64,000 bases of DNA from an uncultured Shimia sp. (GTDB lineage: Bacteria; Pseudomonadota; Alphaproteobacteria; Rhodobacterales; Rhodobacteraceae): assembly GCF_913054185.1 (NCBI RefSeq), contig NZ_CAJXIV010000005.1, positions 7,253 to 71,252 on the forward strand. The letters are read 5' to 3'. Position 1 is the first letter of the stretch. Every line of letters begins with the position of its first letter. Made by a program: the position numbers and the translations under genes. Below, piece by piece: positions 28,564-38,496 of the stretch. Below the pieces are notes generated by a model. The model saw nothing but the letters and a program-made list of their open reading frames with translations. It was not told the origin of the DNA and did no database searches.

Positions 28564-30101
28564 AGCCAATCCGCCTGATGCGCGGCTTTCTGACCGTTGG
28601 TTTCTGGACCCTCCTGAGCCGCGTTCTCGGCTTTGTACGCGAAATCCTCTTGCTGAGCTTCATTGGCCCCGGTCCCTTGCTGGACGCCTTTGTGGCCGCT
28701 TTCCGTCTGCCCAACATGTTCCGCCGTTTTTTTGCAGAAGGCGCGTTTAACGCCGCTTTTGTGCCGATGTTTTCCAAGAAACTTGAAGGCGAAGAAAACG
28801 CAGAACATTTTGCCAGCGAGGCGCTCAGCCTCCTGTTTGCCGCCGTGATGACCCTCACCGCGCTGGGTATGATCTTCATGCCCGCATTGGTCTGGCTCAC
28901 CGCTGAAGGCTTTGCTGGCGACGCGCGCTTTGACTTGACTGTTGGCTATGGCCGCATTGTCTTCCCCTACATCTTCTTCATGTCTTTGGGGGCTCTGTTT
29001 TCCGGCGTACTCAACGCAACCGGTCGCTTTGCCGCCGCAGCTGCCGCGCCGGTGCTGCTCAACATCCTGATTATTCCCGCGCTGATATTTGGCCACCTGT
29101 CGGGCGGCGAAGTCATCACTTGGCTGATCTGGACCATTCCTGTCGCCGGGGTCGCACAGTTGGGCCTGGTTTGGATAGCCACCCGTCGCGCGGGATTACG
29201 TATCTCCCTTCGCATACCAAAGTGGACCCCCGACATGGCGCGCATGGTGCGCGTTGCCGTGCCCGCCGCGCTGGCCTCTGGTGTCATGCAAATCAACCTG
29301 GTGGTGGGCCAAATCGTAGCCTCCAACACCGAAGGTGCGGTGAGCTGGCTCTATGCCGCTGATCGCCTGTACCAATTGCCGCTGGGTGTGATCGGCATTG
29401 CCATCGGCATCGTCTTGCTACCCGACCTCTCGCGCCGTTTAAAAGCAGACGATCAAGGCGGGGCTCAGAACGCCTTCTCGCGCGCCAGCGAGTTTGCCAT
29501 GTTTTTGACCATCCCTTGCGCCGTCGCGTTTTTGGTCATCCCTTTGCCAATTGTCTCCGTGCTCTATGAGCGCGGTGCCACCGGCTCAGACGACGTCGCC
29601 GCGATCTCGGTTGCCCTTGCGATCTATGCAATTGGGCTGCCTGCCTTTGTGCTGCAAAAACTGCTGCAACCGCTCTATTTTGCCCGCGAAGACACAAAAC
29701 GCCCGTTCCGTTTTGCGGTCTGGGCCATGGTTGTGAACGCCGCGCTCGCCTTTGGATTGGCGCCTTATGTCCAATGGATGGCCCCGGCCATTGCCGCCAC
29801 CGTTGCGGCTTGGATTATGGTGGCTCAGCTTGGCTTTGGCGCGCGTGGCTACGGCACGGTTGCCAAGTTTGACACCCGGCTGCGCAAGCGCCTTTGGCGC
29901 ATTTGCCTCGCGTCCGCTGCCATGGGCGGCGCCCTCTGGGGCACATGGGTCATTCTGGTCCCGTGGTTCAGCCTGCCCGGCTGGCGGTATGTGGCTTTGC
30001 TGATCTTGCTGGCCCTCGGTACGGTGGTCTATTTTGGCGTCGGCCGTCTGATCGGTGCCTATACGCCGGGTGCGTTAAAAGCCGCTGCCCGCCGTGGTTG
30101 A
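28560..30101 (+). CDS. murJ: Lipid II flippase
   Basis: SRVLGFVRE, AFRLPNMFRRFFAEGAFNAAFVP, ADRLYQLPLGVIG, FAREDTKRP. Confidence 0.95.
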   Translation: MKPIRLMRGFLTVGFWTLLSRVLGFVREILLLSFIGPGPLLDAFVAAFRLPNMFRRFFAEGAFNAAFVPMFSKKLEGEENAEHFASEALSLLFAAVMTLTALGMIFMPALVWLTAEGFAGDARFDLTVGYGRIVFPYIFFMSLGALFSGVLNATGRFAAAAAAPVLLNILIIPALIFGHLSGGEVITWLIWTIPVAGVAQLGLVWIATRRAGLRISLRIPKWTPDMARMVRVAVPAALASGVMQINLVVGQIVASNTEGAVSWLYAADRLYQLPLGVIGIAIGIVLLPDLSRRLKADDQGGAQNAFSRASEFAMFLTIPCAVAFLVIPLPIVSVLYERGATGSDDVAAISVALAIYAIGLPAFVLQKLLQPLYFAREDTKRPFRFAVWAMVVNAALAFGLAPYVQWMAPAIAATVAAWIMVAQLGFGARGYGTVAKFDTRLRKRLWRICLASAAMGGALWGTWVILVPWFSLPGWRYVALLILLALGTVVYFGVGRLIGAYTPGALKAAARRG

Positions 30102-30196
30102 GCAGACACAAACCGACAAATAGACTCAGAAACAAGTTGCCCATTCCCCCATAAGTGCCATTAACCTATGGCATTCTTAAATCTCGGGAGTGAGAC

Positions 30197-30742
30197 ATGA
30201 ATAATTGGATCGTAATGATGATCATCGGCATCTTGGCCGTGGTCTTGGGTGTTTTGGCTTTGGCCAACCCTTTCGCAGCCTCCATGACTGCAACCGTGTT
30301 TGCGGGCTGGAGCTTTCTTTTCCTGGGCGCCATTCAGGCTTTCGCGTCCTTTAGCGCGCCATCCACAGGCGCCAAAATTGCAGGGGTTATCCTTGGCCTT
30401 CTGGCCATGGTGATTGGCGTGCACATCATCGCACAACCGCTTCAGGGCCTGCTGTCCCTCACCTTCGCTGCAGGTATCCTGTTTCTGGTATCCGGCGTGT
30501 TCAAAGGCGTATTTGGCTTCTCAAACTTCGAAGGCAGCGCGCGTTGGGCGTTGTTGCTTTCCGGTCTGATCTCCGTGATCTTGGGCCTGATGGTGCTCAA
30601 CAACTTCCCACAATCCGCCGCAGTTTTGCTGGGTGTTTTGCTGGCCATCGAGCTTCTCTCCAACGGCATCAGCGCCATCGCACTGGCCTTCGCCGTGCGT
30701 AATCTGAACAACGCTGAAACAGACCAAGAGGAAGCGGCCTAA
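30197..30742 (+). CDS. HdeD/DUF308 membrane protein
   Basis: Six hydrophobic helices, LALANPF, LSGLISVILG, LLGVLLAIELLSNG; GGGAG RBS. Confidence 0.8.
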   Translation: MNNWIVMMIIGILAVVLGVLALANPFAASMTATVFAGWSFLFLGAIQAFASFSAPSTGAKIAGVILGLLAMVIGVHIIAQPLQGLLSLTFAAGILFLVSGVFKGVFGFSNFEGSARWALLLSGLISVILGLMVLNNFPQSAAVLLGVLLAIELLSNGISAIALAFAVRNLNNAETDQEEAA

Positions 30743-30753
30743 TCAGGCCATTT

Positions 30754-31440
30754 CTACTGGCGGCGGATCTTTTCGCGGATCCGCTGCCACCCACCAGGGA
30801 TCAGCGCAAAGGACATCACAAATCCTGCGCCAAAGCCGACCACATCGGCGACCCAATCCGGATTGCCCCCAAAAATCAGGTTAAAGCCCAACTGAATGGC
30901 CACCAGCATGCCAATCAATGAAAACGCACGCGCCTGTGGTTCGCCCACTTCCCCCAGACTGGTCCACAAAAGAAACGTAAACGCCCCAATCAGGCCATAG
31001 ACACCGGGGTAGCTGCCCAAAAGCGGCGTGGACACATCCAGGATCAGCGCATAACCCAGCGCCCCCGCAACGCCGGACACCACAAAAATCGCCAATGTGG
31101 CCCATCCGGAGAACACCTCTCCCACCATCTTGCCCATCGCCAAGAGCAACACGCCGCCAAACAGCGCGTGGGTGAAATTGTAGTGCACAAACAAGTAGCT
31201 CACAAAACGGATCATATGCTCCAACGGATACTGTCCGTTGATCACCATCCAATCAAAGATGTCCGCTGAAAACGCATAGCGCTGGATCGCATCCAACCGC
31301 CACCCCACCGCCGTGGGACCACCCACAATCCCTTTGGAGCCAAGCCAAAGCGCCGCCTCAACCCCGACCAATAGCAAAAACAACGCCGTCACCACCGGGG
31401 GAAGCGGGTTCACGGGGCTTTGATCATCTGGGTGCGACAT
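30754..31440 (-). CDS. Rhomboid-family intramembrane protease-like protein
   Basis: [50 protein letters not shown]. Confidence 0.78.
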   Translation of the reverse strand: MSHPDDQSPVNPLPPVVTALFLLLVGVEAALWLGSKGIVGGPTAVGWRLDAIQRYAFSADIFDWMVINGQYPLEHMIRFVSYLFVHYNFTHALFGGVLLLAMGKMVGEVFSGWATLAIFVVSGVAGALGYALILDVSTPLLGSYPGVYGLIGAFTFLLWTSLGEVGEPQARAFSLIGMLVAIQLGFNLIFGGNPDWVADVVGFGAGFVMSFALIPGGWQRIREKIRRQ

Positions 31441-31527
31441 GCCTGTACTCCTTACCCGTCCTGCTTGACGGTGTTTGGCCTCGGAGATAAGCCAAGCAGG
31501 CTAACAAATCCAGATGGAGTATTTCCA

Positions 31528-32565
31528 ATGAACGAGGCGGTCCAAACGTCCTCCACCTTTACCCCACGCGTCTTTTCCGGGATTCAACCCTCGGGCGGTC
31601 TGACGCTGGGCAATTACCTCGGCGCAATGAAGCGCTTTGTCGACATGCAAGAGGCCGGTACCCATGAGACCGTATTCTGCATGGTTGACCTGCACGCCAT
31701 CACAGTCTGGCAAGACCCTGTCAAACTGCAACGCGCCACCCGAGAACTCTGCGCCGGCTTTATTGCTGCGGGCATCGATCCGAAAAAATCGATCCTGTTC
31801 AACCAATCCGCAGCGCCGGAGCACGCGCAACTGGCTTGGATCTTCAACTGCGTCGCCCGCATGGGCTGGATGCAGCGCATGACCCAATGGAAAGACAAAG
31901 CTGGTAAAAACTCGCAAAACGCCTCGCTGGGCCTGTTTGCCTACCCGGCGCTCATGGCGGCGGATATTCTGATCTACCACGCCACCCACGTGCCTGTGGG
32001 CGAGGACCAGAAACAGCACCTTGAGCTGACCCGCGATGTGGCGACCAAGTTCAACCACGATTACGGCGTTGACTTCTTCCCCATCACCGAACCGGTGATC
32101 GAAGGCGCGGCCACCCGTGTGATGTCCTTCCGCGATGGCACCAAGAAGATGTCCAAGTCTGATCCATCTGATGCCTCCCGCATCAACATGACCGACAACG
32201 CGGACACCATTGCCAAGAAGATCCGCAAGGCCAAAACCGACCCGGAAGCCCTGCCATCAGAAGCCAAAGGTCTGGAAGAGCGCCCAGAGGCCCGCAACCT
32301 GGTCAACATCTACGCAGGTCTGTCTGGCCTGACCGTGGATCAGGTACTGGCGGACGTGGGCGGCAAGCAGTTCTCCGAGTTCAAGCCAATGCTGTCTGAC
32401 CTCGCGGTTTCCAAACTGTCTCCGATCAGCACGGAAATGGCCCGCCTGATGGAGCACCAGGACGAGATCGACAAAATCCTCGCCCACGGCGCAGGTCAGG
32501 CCCGCGAGATCGCTGCACCGATCTTGAAAAGGACCTACGAAATTGTTGGCATGGTCGGCGCCTAA
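31528..32565 (+). CDS. trpS: Tryptophan-tRNA ligase
   Basis: [50 protein letters not shown]. Confidence 0.97.
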   Translation: MNEAVQTSSTFTPRVFSGIQPSGGLTLGNYLGAMKRFVDMQEAGTHETVFCMVDLHAITVWQDPVKLQRATRELCAGFIAAGIDPKKSILFNQSAAPEHAQLAWIFNCVARMGWMQRMTQWKDKAGKNSQNASLGLFAYPALMAADILIYHATHVPVGEDQKQHLELTRDVATKFNHDYGVDFFPITEPVIEGAATRVMSFRDGTKKMSKSDPSDASRINMTDNADTIAKKIRKAKTDPEALPSEAKGLEERPEARNLVNIYAGLSGLTVDQVLADVGGKQFSEFKPMLSDLAVSKLSPISTEMARLMEHQDEIDKILAHGAGQAREIAAPILKRTYEIVGMVGA

Positions 32566-32590
32566 GCCTTCCATATCCCTGCAAACAATC

Positions 32591-32619
32591 AGCCCCGCCA
32601 CTGGCGGGGCTTTTTTTTT
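32591..32619. terminator. Intrinsic terminator between trpS and GNAT gene
   Basis: AGCCCCGCCA-C-TGGCGGGGCT stem followed by a run of T. Confidence 0.85.
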
Positions 32620-32620
32620 G

Positions 32621-33178
32621 TTAGCTCCTTGGGATTCTCCCAAGCGACCGCTCTAAAAATAGCGCCTCCTGATCCCCAAACGTACCCATGACCGGATTGC
32701 CAAACCCAACCTTTTCGGCAACCCGCACAGAGGCCGCATGCGCCGGATCAAAAATCGCACAGGCCATCGGAAACTCCTTGGCCAATACTTCATCCGCCCA
32801 GGTCAAAACCGCGCTCACAGCCTCTGTCGCCAACCCCTGCCCCTGCGCGGACGTCTTCAGCGCCCAGCCCGCTTCCGGCTTCCCGTGCACACTCGGCTTT
32901 GAATTGCGGTGATAATCCGCCACCCCGGCTTCGCCCACAAACGCGCCATCAACTTTGCTTTCGAGCACCCAATAGCCATAGCCCAGCGCCTGCCAATGCC
33001 CGATGTAGCGCAACACCCGCGACCACGATTCCGCTGCTGTTGAGGGCACACCAGAGATATGCGCCACAACTTTAGGATCCGCCCACATCGCCGCACTGTC
33101 TTCAAAATCCGCTAAAGTATGCCCTCGCAGGACCAAGCGCTCCGTTTCCAGAACCGGTACCAAACTGCTTGTTTTCAT
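32621..33178 (-). CDS. RimJ/RimL-type GNAT N-acetyltransferase
   Basis: LETERLVLR, GHWQALGYGYW, FVGEAG, PEAGW, GQGLATEA, ASVRVAEKVGF. Confidence 0.88.
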   Translation of the reverse strand: MKTSSLVPVLETERLVLRGHTLADFEDSAAMWADPKVVAHISGVPSTAAESWSRVLRYIGHWQALGYGYWVLESKVDGAFVGEAGVADYHRNSKPSVHGKPEAGWALKTSAQGQGLATEAVSAVLTWADEVLAKEFPMACAIFDPAHAASVRVAEKVGFGNPVMGTFGDQEALFLERSLGRIPRS

Positions 33179-33350
33179 CTACCTGCCTTTTCTTCCTGGG
33201 GTCCGTTTCATCAGGTCGGTGCACTCTAAATCCAAGCGGGATCAGGCAGCAACTCCGAAGCAACACAAGTGTGAGACAAGAGCGAACCAAATCAGAGGCC
33301 CGAGGCGCAACGCGCCAACAGAACGTCACCAACGGAACCAACCGCTTGAG

Positions 33351-33396
33351 AAGTATACGTACTTAGGGTTAGCCTGAGCGCGTGCAACGTGTTGCA
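33351..33396 (+). promoter_or_regulatory. Two palindromes upstream of BCCT gene
   Basis: AAGTA-TACG-TACTT (33351-33364) and TGCAAC-GT-GTTGCA (33383-33396); possible TTGAGA-N18-TAGCCT promoter overlaps the first. Confidence 0.35.
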
Positions 33397-33422
33397 GGTT
33401 TTCCTGTGCTCGGCTTCGGAAG

Positions 33423-34928
33423 GTGACCACATTTATGCCTGGAAAATCCACAAACCTCCTGCTGATCTCCGCCCTGTTCATTAGCGCGATGATCGCGTTT
33501 TGGGGGATCATCGATCCCAAAGGGCTAGGCGATCTTGCAGCTTCAGCGGTGCACTTACAATTTGGCAGCCGTGGCTGGTTCATCATGTTGGAGGCAAGCG
33601 GGCTGTTGTTTGTCGCAATTTTCCTCGCGTTTTCCCGCTTCGGCAGTATTCGTCTTGGCCCCAATGATGCCGAGCCAGAGTTTTCTACACCTGCCTGGAT
33701 CGCGATGCTGTTTGCTGCGGGCATGGGCATCGGATTGCTGTTTTACGGGGCTGCCGAACCGCTGACCCACTTTGATGAATTGCGCAAGTATATCCGAGAC
33801 CCGGAGGCCGCCGGCTATGCTTTGTTTGTAACCTATTTGAACTGGGGCTTTCACGCTTGGGCAATCTATGGCGTGGTCGGGCTGATTATGGCCTATTTTG
33901 CCTATCGCCGTCACCGCCCCCTGTTGCTCAGCGCACCGCTATCCGACGCCTTGGGTGACGCGGCTTGGATCCGTGTGATGGCCTGGCTATTTGACTTAAT
34001 GGCCATTGTCGCCATTGCGGTGGGCCTGTCTGGCTCCTTGGCCATGGGAGTGTTTCAAATTCAAACCGGCGTTGCAGGCTTGCTTGGTATCAACGATGCC
34101 AACACGCTGACGTTTCCAGTGTTCATCGCAATGTGTGTGGCATTTGTTATTCCGCTTCGGCGTGATCTGGGCGACGGCATGGCCAAGCTGTCAAACGCTG
34201 CAATGCTCATTGCGGTTGGTCTCCTGGTGTATTTGCTGATTGCCGGACCAACGTCCTACCTTATGAACGGTATTGTCTCCGGCTTTGGAAGATATCTGTT
34301 CAATGTACTGCCCGCGGGGTTTTCCACGGCGGAGTTTTTTGATGGTGATCTCGTCAATTGGTTTCAGGGCTGGACGCTTAACTACATGATCTGGTGGTTG
34401 GCCTGGTCGCCTTTTGTCGGAATTTTTATTGCCCGGATATCCCGTGGCCGGACCATCCGTGAGTTTCTGATCGGCGTGATTGTTGCCCCAACCCTGTTTT
34501 CTGTTCTTTGGTTCGGTATCTTTGGCGGCCTTGGGTTCTTTGACGCTCTGCGCAGCGAAGGCGTGCTGTCTGCCATCAACCGCGAAAATCTGGATGCCAC
34601 CACGTTTGCACTTCTGGACAAGTTCCCGGTCAGTCGGATCACTCACGTTGCCACAATCACCGCCGCCTTTTTGTTTGTTGTGACCAGCGTTGTAAGCGCG
34701 GGATTCACTTTGGCGATGATAGGTACCGGAGGTGACGAAAACCCCTCCCCTAGAATCCGCACGGTCTGGGGCGCGATTTTGGCAGCGCTCGGGTTGGCAA
34801 TGGTACTTGTTGGGGACATCGCATTGGTGCGCTCAATCATTGCCCTGTCCGCAATCGCCTTTGTCTTTATCGTCCCTGTACTTGTTATCTGTCTGTTTCG
34901 TACTTTGCGGCGGGAGGAAGGCTCATGA
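33423..34928 (+). CDS. BCCT-family (betaine/choline/carnitine) transporter
   Basis: WIAMLFAAGMGIGLLFYGAAEP, WGFHAWAIY, WWLAWSPFVGIFIARISRGRTIREF. Confidence 0.93.
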   Translation: MTTFMPGKSTNLLLISALFISAMIAFWGIIDPKGLGDLAASAVHLQFGSRGWFIMLEASGLLFVAIFLAFSRFGSIRLGPNDAEPEFSTPAWIAMLFAAGMGIGLLFYGAAEPLTHFDELRKYIRDPEAAGYALFVTYLNWGFHAWAIYGVVGLIMAYFAYRRHRPLLLSAPLSDALGDAAWIRVMAWLFDLMAIVAIAVGLSGSLAMGVFQIQTGVAGLLGINDANTLTFPVFIAMCVAFVIPLRRDLGDGMAKLSNAAMLIAVGLLVYLLIAGPTSYLMNGIVSGFGRYLFNVLPAGFSTAEFFDGDLVNWFQGWTLNYMIWWLAWSPFVGIFIARISRGRTIREFLIGVIVAPTLFSVLWFGIFGGLGFFDALRSEGVLSAINRENLDATTFALLDKFPVSRITHVATITAAFLFVVTSVVSAGFTLAMIGTGGDENPSPRIRTVWGAILAALGLAMVLVGDIALVRSIIALSAIAFVFIVPVLVICLFRTLRREEGS

Positions 34929-35017
34929 GCGGCTCATTTGTCGACACGATGCTCAATGTCTCGGTTTTTGCCTATATCGGTTTTTTGATTTGGCTCAGCC
35001 TGCGGCCTGACCCTTAA
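34925..35017 (+). CDS. Unannotated 30-aa single-helix membrane peptide (MSGSFVDTMLNVSVFAYIGFLIWLSLRPDP)
   Basis: ATGA overlap with BCCT stop, GGAGG 7 nt upstream, one hydrophobic stretch; below the ORF-track size cutoff. Confidence 0.5.
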   Translation: MSGSFVDTMLNVSVFAYIGFLIWLSLRPDP

Positions 35018-35179
35018 GGTCTGGGCCACGGGTCTTCCCTGGATACGTGCGTAAAAGCCTGTCTCGGGCACCTCAAAAGCCCTGCAACCTGCGCAAAACC
35101 GCACATAATCCGCGCCTAATCGCGAGTTTTCAGCCTCTTGGAGCCCGACTATTTTGGTCTCAATCAAAGGAGATCTGTT

Positions 35180-35665
35180 ATGACCGCGCCCTACACCCCA
35201 TCCGCCCGCATTGGCCACGTCCATTTGAAAGTGGCAGACCTCGACCGCGCCATTGGGTTTTATTCCGACGTTTTGGGCTTTGAGGTGCAAACCCGCCTCG
35301 GCAACGACGCCGCCTTTTTGGGATCAGATGGCTACCATCACCACATCGGCCTCAACACTTGGCGTAGCAAGGGCAGCGGCCCCGCACCGGATCACCACAC
35401 AGGTTTGTTCCATACCGCCATCCTGTACCCATCCCGCGCAGACCTTGCCACCGCAGTGCAGCGCGTCATCGACGCAGGGTATCCCGTTTTGGGCGCGTCA
35501 GACCACGGCGTCTCCGAAGCCATCTACTTCAACGATCCCGACGGCAACGGGGTCGAACTCTACCGCGACCGCCACACTGCCGAATGGCCCCGCCACGACG
35601 ATGGCAGCCTGCAGATGTACAGTCGCCCTCTAAGGATGGAAGATTTGCTCGCGGAGGCCGCCTGA
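35180..35665 (+). CDS. VOC/glyoxalase family protein (CatE-like)
   Basis: IGHVHLKVADL, GYHHHIGLNTW, GLFHTAILYP, DHGVSEAIYFNDPDGNGVELY; AAGGAG RBS before ATG 35180. Confidence 0.88.
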   Translation: MTAPYTPSARIGHVHLKVADLDRAIGFYSDVLGFEVQTRLGNDAAFLGSDGYHHHIGLNTWRSKGSGPAPDHHTGLFHTAILYPSRADLATAVQRVIDAGYPVLGASDHGVSEAIYFNDPDGNGVELYRDRHTAEWPRHDDGSLQMYSRPLRMEDLLAEAA

Positions 35666-35674
35666 CACCCGCCG

Positions 35675-35714
35675 TTGTCACAAAACTGCAAAGGGCTTGT
35701 CACGAATCTGATTC
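35675..35714 (+). promoter_or_regulatory. Pho box array upstream of phoX
   Basis: 11-nt periodic heptads TTGTCAC-AAAA-CTGCAAA-GGGC-TTGTCAC-GAAT-CTGATTC versus CTGTCAT-N4 consensus. Confidence 0.72.
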
Positions 35715-35766
35715 CGCGACCTCCTATCTTGGACATCACCAATGATCCAAGCCTCAGGAGCCAGGC

Positions 35767-37653
35767 ATGTCCCACGACGATCTTTCCTTTGACGAAATTG
35801 ACGAGCTGATTTCGCCACGCGCAGAAGAAACTGATTTTGACCAAGTTGTTGAAACCGCCTTGTCGCGTCGCGGCTTCTTAGGCGGTGTGATGACCTTTGG
35901 TCTTGGGTCGTTCTTGGTCGGCACCACCGCGCTTACACGCGACGCTGTGGCTGCCGGAGATCGGTTTGGCTTCAGCCAGGTTGCCGCCAACTCCGAGGAC
36001 ACCATCACCGTGCCCGAAGGCTTTGAGTGGGACCAGGTTGTCACTTGGGGGGACCCTCTGTTTTCCGACGCCCCCGCTTTTGATCAAGCCACCCGCGGTA
36101 CCGCTGCCTCTCAGGCACGCGCCTTCGGCGACAACAACGACGGCATGTCGATCTTCACCAAAGACGGCCGCACCGTCATGGCGATCAACAACGAATACAC
36201 CAACCGCAAATTACTTTGGGGCAACAACCCAGATGGCAAATGGGTCTCTGATGACGATGTACAAAAAGGCATGAACGCCCACGGCATCTCTGTCTTTGAA
36301 GTGACCCGTGACACATACGGCAACTGGCAGGTTGTGGTCGACAGCGACCTGAACCGCCGCATCACACCGCAGACCGACATGGACCTGACCGGCCCCGCCG
36401 CTGGCCATGACCTTTTGAAAACCGACGCAGACCCAACCGGTATGACCACCAAAGGCACCTGGAACAACTGCGGCAACGGCGAGACCCCTTGGGGCACCTA
36501 TTTAACCTGCGAAGAGAATTTCAACGGCTACTTCTCCGCCGAAGATGAAGCGCATGAAGTCTCTGCAGAGCTGAAACGCTACGGCGTCTCCTCCAAAGAC
36601 TGGGGCTACGGCTGGGCCAAGGTGGACCCGCGCTTTGACGTCTCTAAAAACCCAAATGAACCCAACCGCGCAGGCTATGTGGTCGAGATCGACCCATTTG
36701 ACCCAACCTCCACGCCTAAGAAACGCACAGCTCTGGGCCGCTTCAAACATGAAAACGCGGCTGTTGTACTGGCGCCAAACGGCAAAGCGGTTGTCTACCT
36801 TGGCGACGATGAACGCGGCGAATTCCTCTACAAATTTGTCTCCCATGGCACCTACTCCGCCACCGGCGACAACAGCGATCTATTGGAAAATGGCGACCTG
36901 TTTGTCGCCAAGTTCTTTGATGACATGCGCGGCGAATGGCTGGCCCTGACGCCCGACACCACCGGCATGTCCGACGCAGAGATCCGCATCCACACCCGTC
37001 AGGCTGCGTCCCACGTTGGCGCAACCACGATGGACCGCCCAGAATGGGTGGCGGTGAACCCAACCAAGGCAGAAGCCTACGTTGCGCTCACCAACAACAA
37101 AAACCGAGGCAAAAAGCCAAATGCCGGTGGCGATGACACATCTGCAAACGGCCCCAACCCGCGTGACCACAACAACTACGGCCAAATCGCCCGCTGGATG
37201 CCGGACAACGAAGACCACAGCGCCAGCGGCTTTAGCTGGAACCTCTTCGCTCTGGCTGGAAACCCGGATGTGCATGACGATGCCTATGCAGGCAGCGAGA
37301 ACATCAATGCCGGGAATATGTTCAACTCTCCGGATGGCATGGCCTTTGACGAGACCGGCCTGTTGTGGATCCAGACCGACGGCAAATATTCTAACGAAGG
37401 CGACTTTGCGGGCATGGGCAACAACCAGATGCTTGCGGGCGACACCGTAACTGGTGAAATCCGCCGCTTCCTGGTTGGTCCAAAAGAATGTGAAGTTACC
37501 GGCGTGTGCTGGTCCCCGGATCGCCGCACCATGTTTGTCGGCATTCAGCACCCGGGCGAAAAAGGCAACTCGCATTTCCCGGATGGCGGCACCTCCGTGC
37601 CTCGGTCTGGTGTTTTTGCGGTACGGCGCACAGACGGTGGCCTTATCGGATAA
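35767..37653 (+). CDS. phoX: PhoX-family alkaline phosphatase (Tat-exported)
   Basis: SRRGFLGG Tat motif, DNNDGM, NNEY, TWNNCGNGETPWGTYLTCEEN, GRFKHE, MDRPE, NSPDG, QHPGE. Confidence 0.94.
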   Translation: MSHDDLSFDEIDELISPRAEETDFDQVVETALSRRGFLGGVMTFGLGSFLVGTTALTRDAVAAGDRFGFSQVAANSEDTITVPEGFEWDQVVTWGDPLFSDAPAFDQATRGTAASQARAFGDNNDGMSIFTKDGRTVMAINNEYTNRKLLWGNNPDGKWVSDDDVQKGMNAHGISVFEVTRDTYGNWQVVVDSDLNRRITPQTDMDLTGPAAGHDLLKTDADPTGMTTKGTWNNCGNGETPWGTYLTCEENFNGYFSAEDEAHEVSAELKRYGVSSKDWGYGWAKVDPRFDVSKNPNEPNRAGYVVEIDPFDPTSTPKKRTALGRFKHENAAVVLAPNGKAVVYLGDDERGEFLYKFVSHGTYSATGDNSDLLENGDLFVAKFFDDMRGEWLALTPDTTGMSDAEIRIHTRQAASHVGATTMDRPEWVAVNPTKAEAYVALTNNKNRGKKPNAGGDDTSANGPNPRDHNNYGQIARWMPDNEDHSASGFSWNLFALAGNPDVHDDAYAGSENINAGNMFNSPDGMAFDETGLLWIQTDGKYSNEGDFAGMGNNQMLAGDTVTGEIRRFLVGPKECEVTGVCWSPDRRTMFVGIQHPGEKGNSHFPDGGTSVPRSGVFAVRRTDGGLIG

Positions 37654-37717
37654 CAACGACGCAAATTCTGACTACCAAAAGACCTTTTGACACGACAATT
37701 TTAGCACCAAATCTTTG

Positions 37718-37744
37718 GCCCCCGACCTTTCCCCGGTCGGGGGC
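37718..37744. terminator. Hairpin between convergent phoX and SDR genes
   Basis: GCCCCCGACC / GGTCGGGGGC 10-bp stem followed by ATTTCTTTT. Confidence 0.7.
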
Positions 37745-37767
37745 ATTTCTTTTCAGAGCAACTGCGC

Positions 37768-38496
37768 TTAGCCGCGTCCGATGTATGGCATCTTGGTCGC
37801 CATCACCGTCATGAACTGCACGTTTGCATTGAGCGGCAACTCGGCCATATGCAGCACCGATTTCGCGGCATCCTGAACATCCATAGTTGGATTGGGTGGT
37901 TTGCCGTCGGCCTGCAGGCGCGCGTTCAAATCTGCGACCATGTCGGTCTCCGCATTGCCAATATCAATCTGCCCACAGGCAATATCATAGGGCCGCCCGT
38001 CCAACGACAACGTCCGGGTCAGCCCGGTCACCGCATGTTTCGTGAGCGTGTAACATACCGATCCCTCGCGCGGCACATGCGCTGACAAAGACCCGTTGTT
38101 GATGATCCGTCCGCCTTGGGGCACTTGGCGCCGCATCTGCGCAAAAGCCAGCTTTGCCGCAATGAACATGCCGCGCACGTTCACGTCGAGCACCTGATCA
38201 AATCCCCCCAGATCGACCTCGTCGATCGGGCCCGCCGGACCAAACATACCCGCATTATTAAACAGCGCATCCAAACGCTCGGTGCGGGCCACAAACCTCG
38301 CGAAGGCGCTTTCCATTGCCGCCGCGTCCGTCACATCCGCCACCAGCGGCACCGCCGCGTCGTATTTGTTGGCCAATGCCTCCAACTTATCAGCGCTGCG
38401 CGCCAACACACCAACCCGCCAACCAGCGTTCAAAAACGCCTCAGCTGTCGCTTTGCCAATGCCTTGGCTCGCGCCGGTCACAATGATGCTCTTCAC
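37768..38496 (-). CDS. Short-chain dehydrogenase/reductase
   Basis: TGASQGIG, FNNAG, NNGSLS, YTLTK (YxxxK), IDIGNAET; GTG start overlapping helicase stop. Confidence 0.9.
   Translation of the reverse strand: MKSIIVTGASQGIGKATAEAFLNAGWRVGVLARSADKLEALANKYDAAVPLVADVTDAAAMESAFARFVARTERLDALFNNAGMFGPAGPIDEVDLGGFDQVLDVNVRGMFIAAKLAFAQMRRQVPQGGRIINNGSLSAHVPREGSVCYTLTKHAVTGLTRTLSLDGRPYDIACGQIDIGNAETDMVADLNARLQADGKPPNPTMDVQDAAKSVLHMAELPLNANVQFMTVMATKMPYIGRG

Noticed and set aside
27010-28569. Long antisense ORFs (519 aa opposite glnD; also 8492-9598, 42372-43526, 58551-59753, 54213-55175)
   Set aside because: They mirror well-supported genes on the other strand, lack motifs and RBSs, and are expected from GC-biased codon usage.
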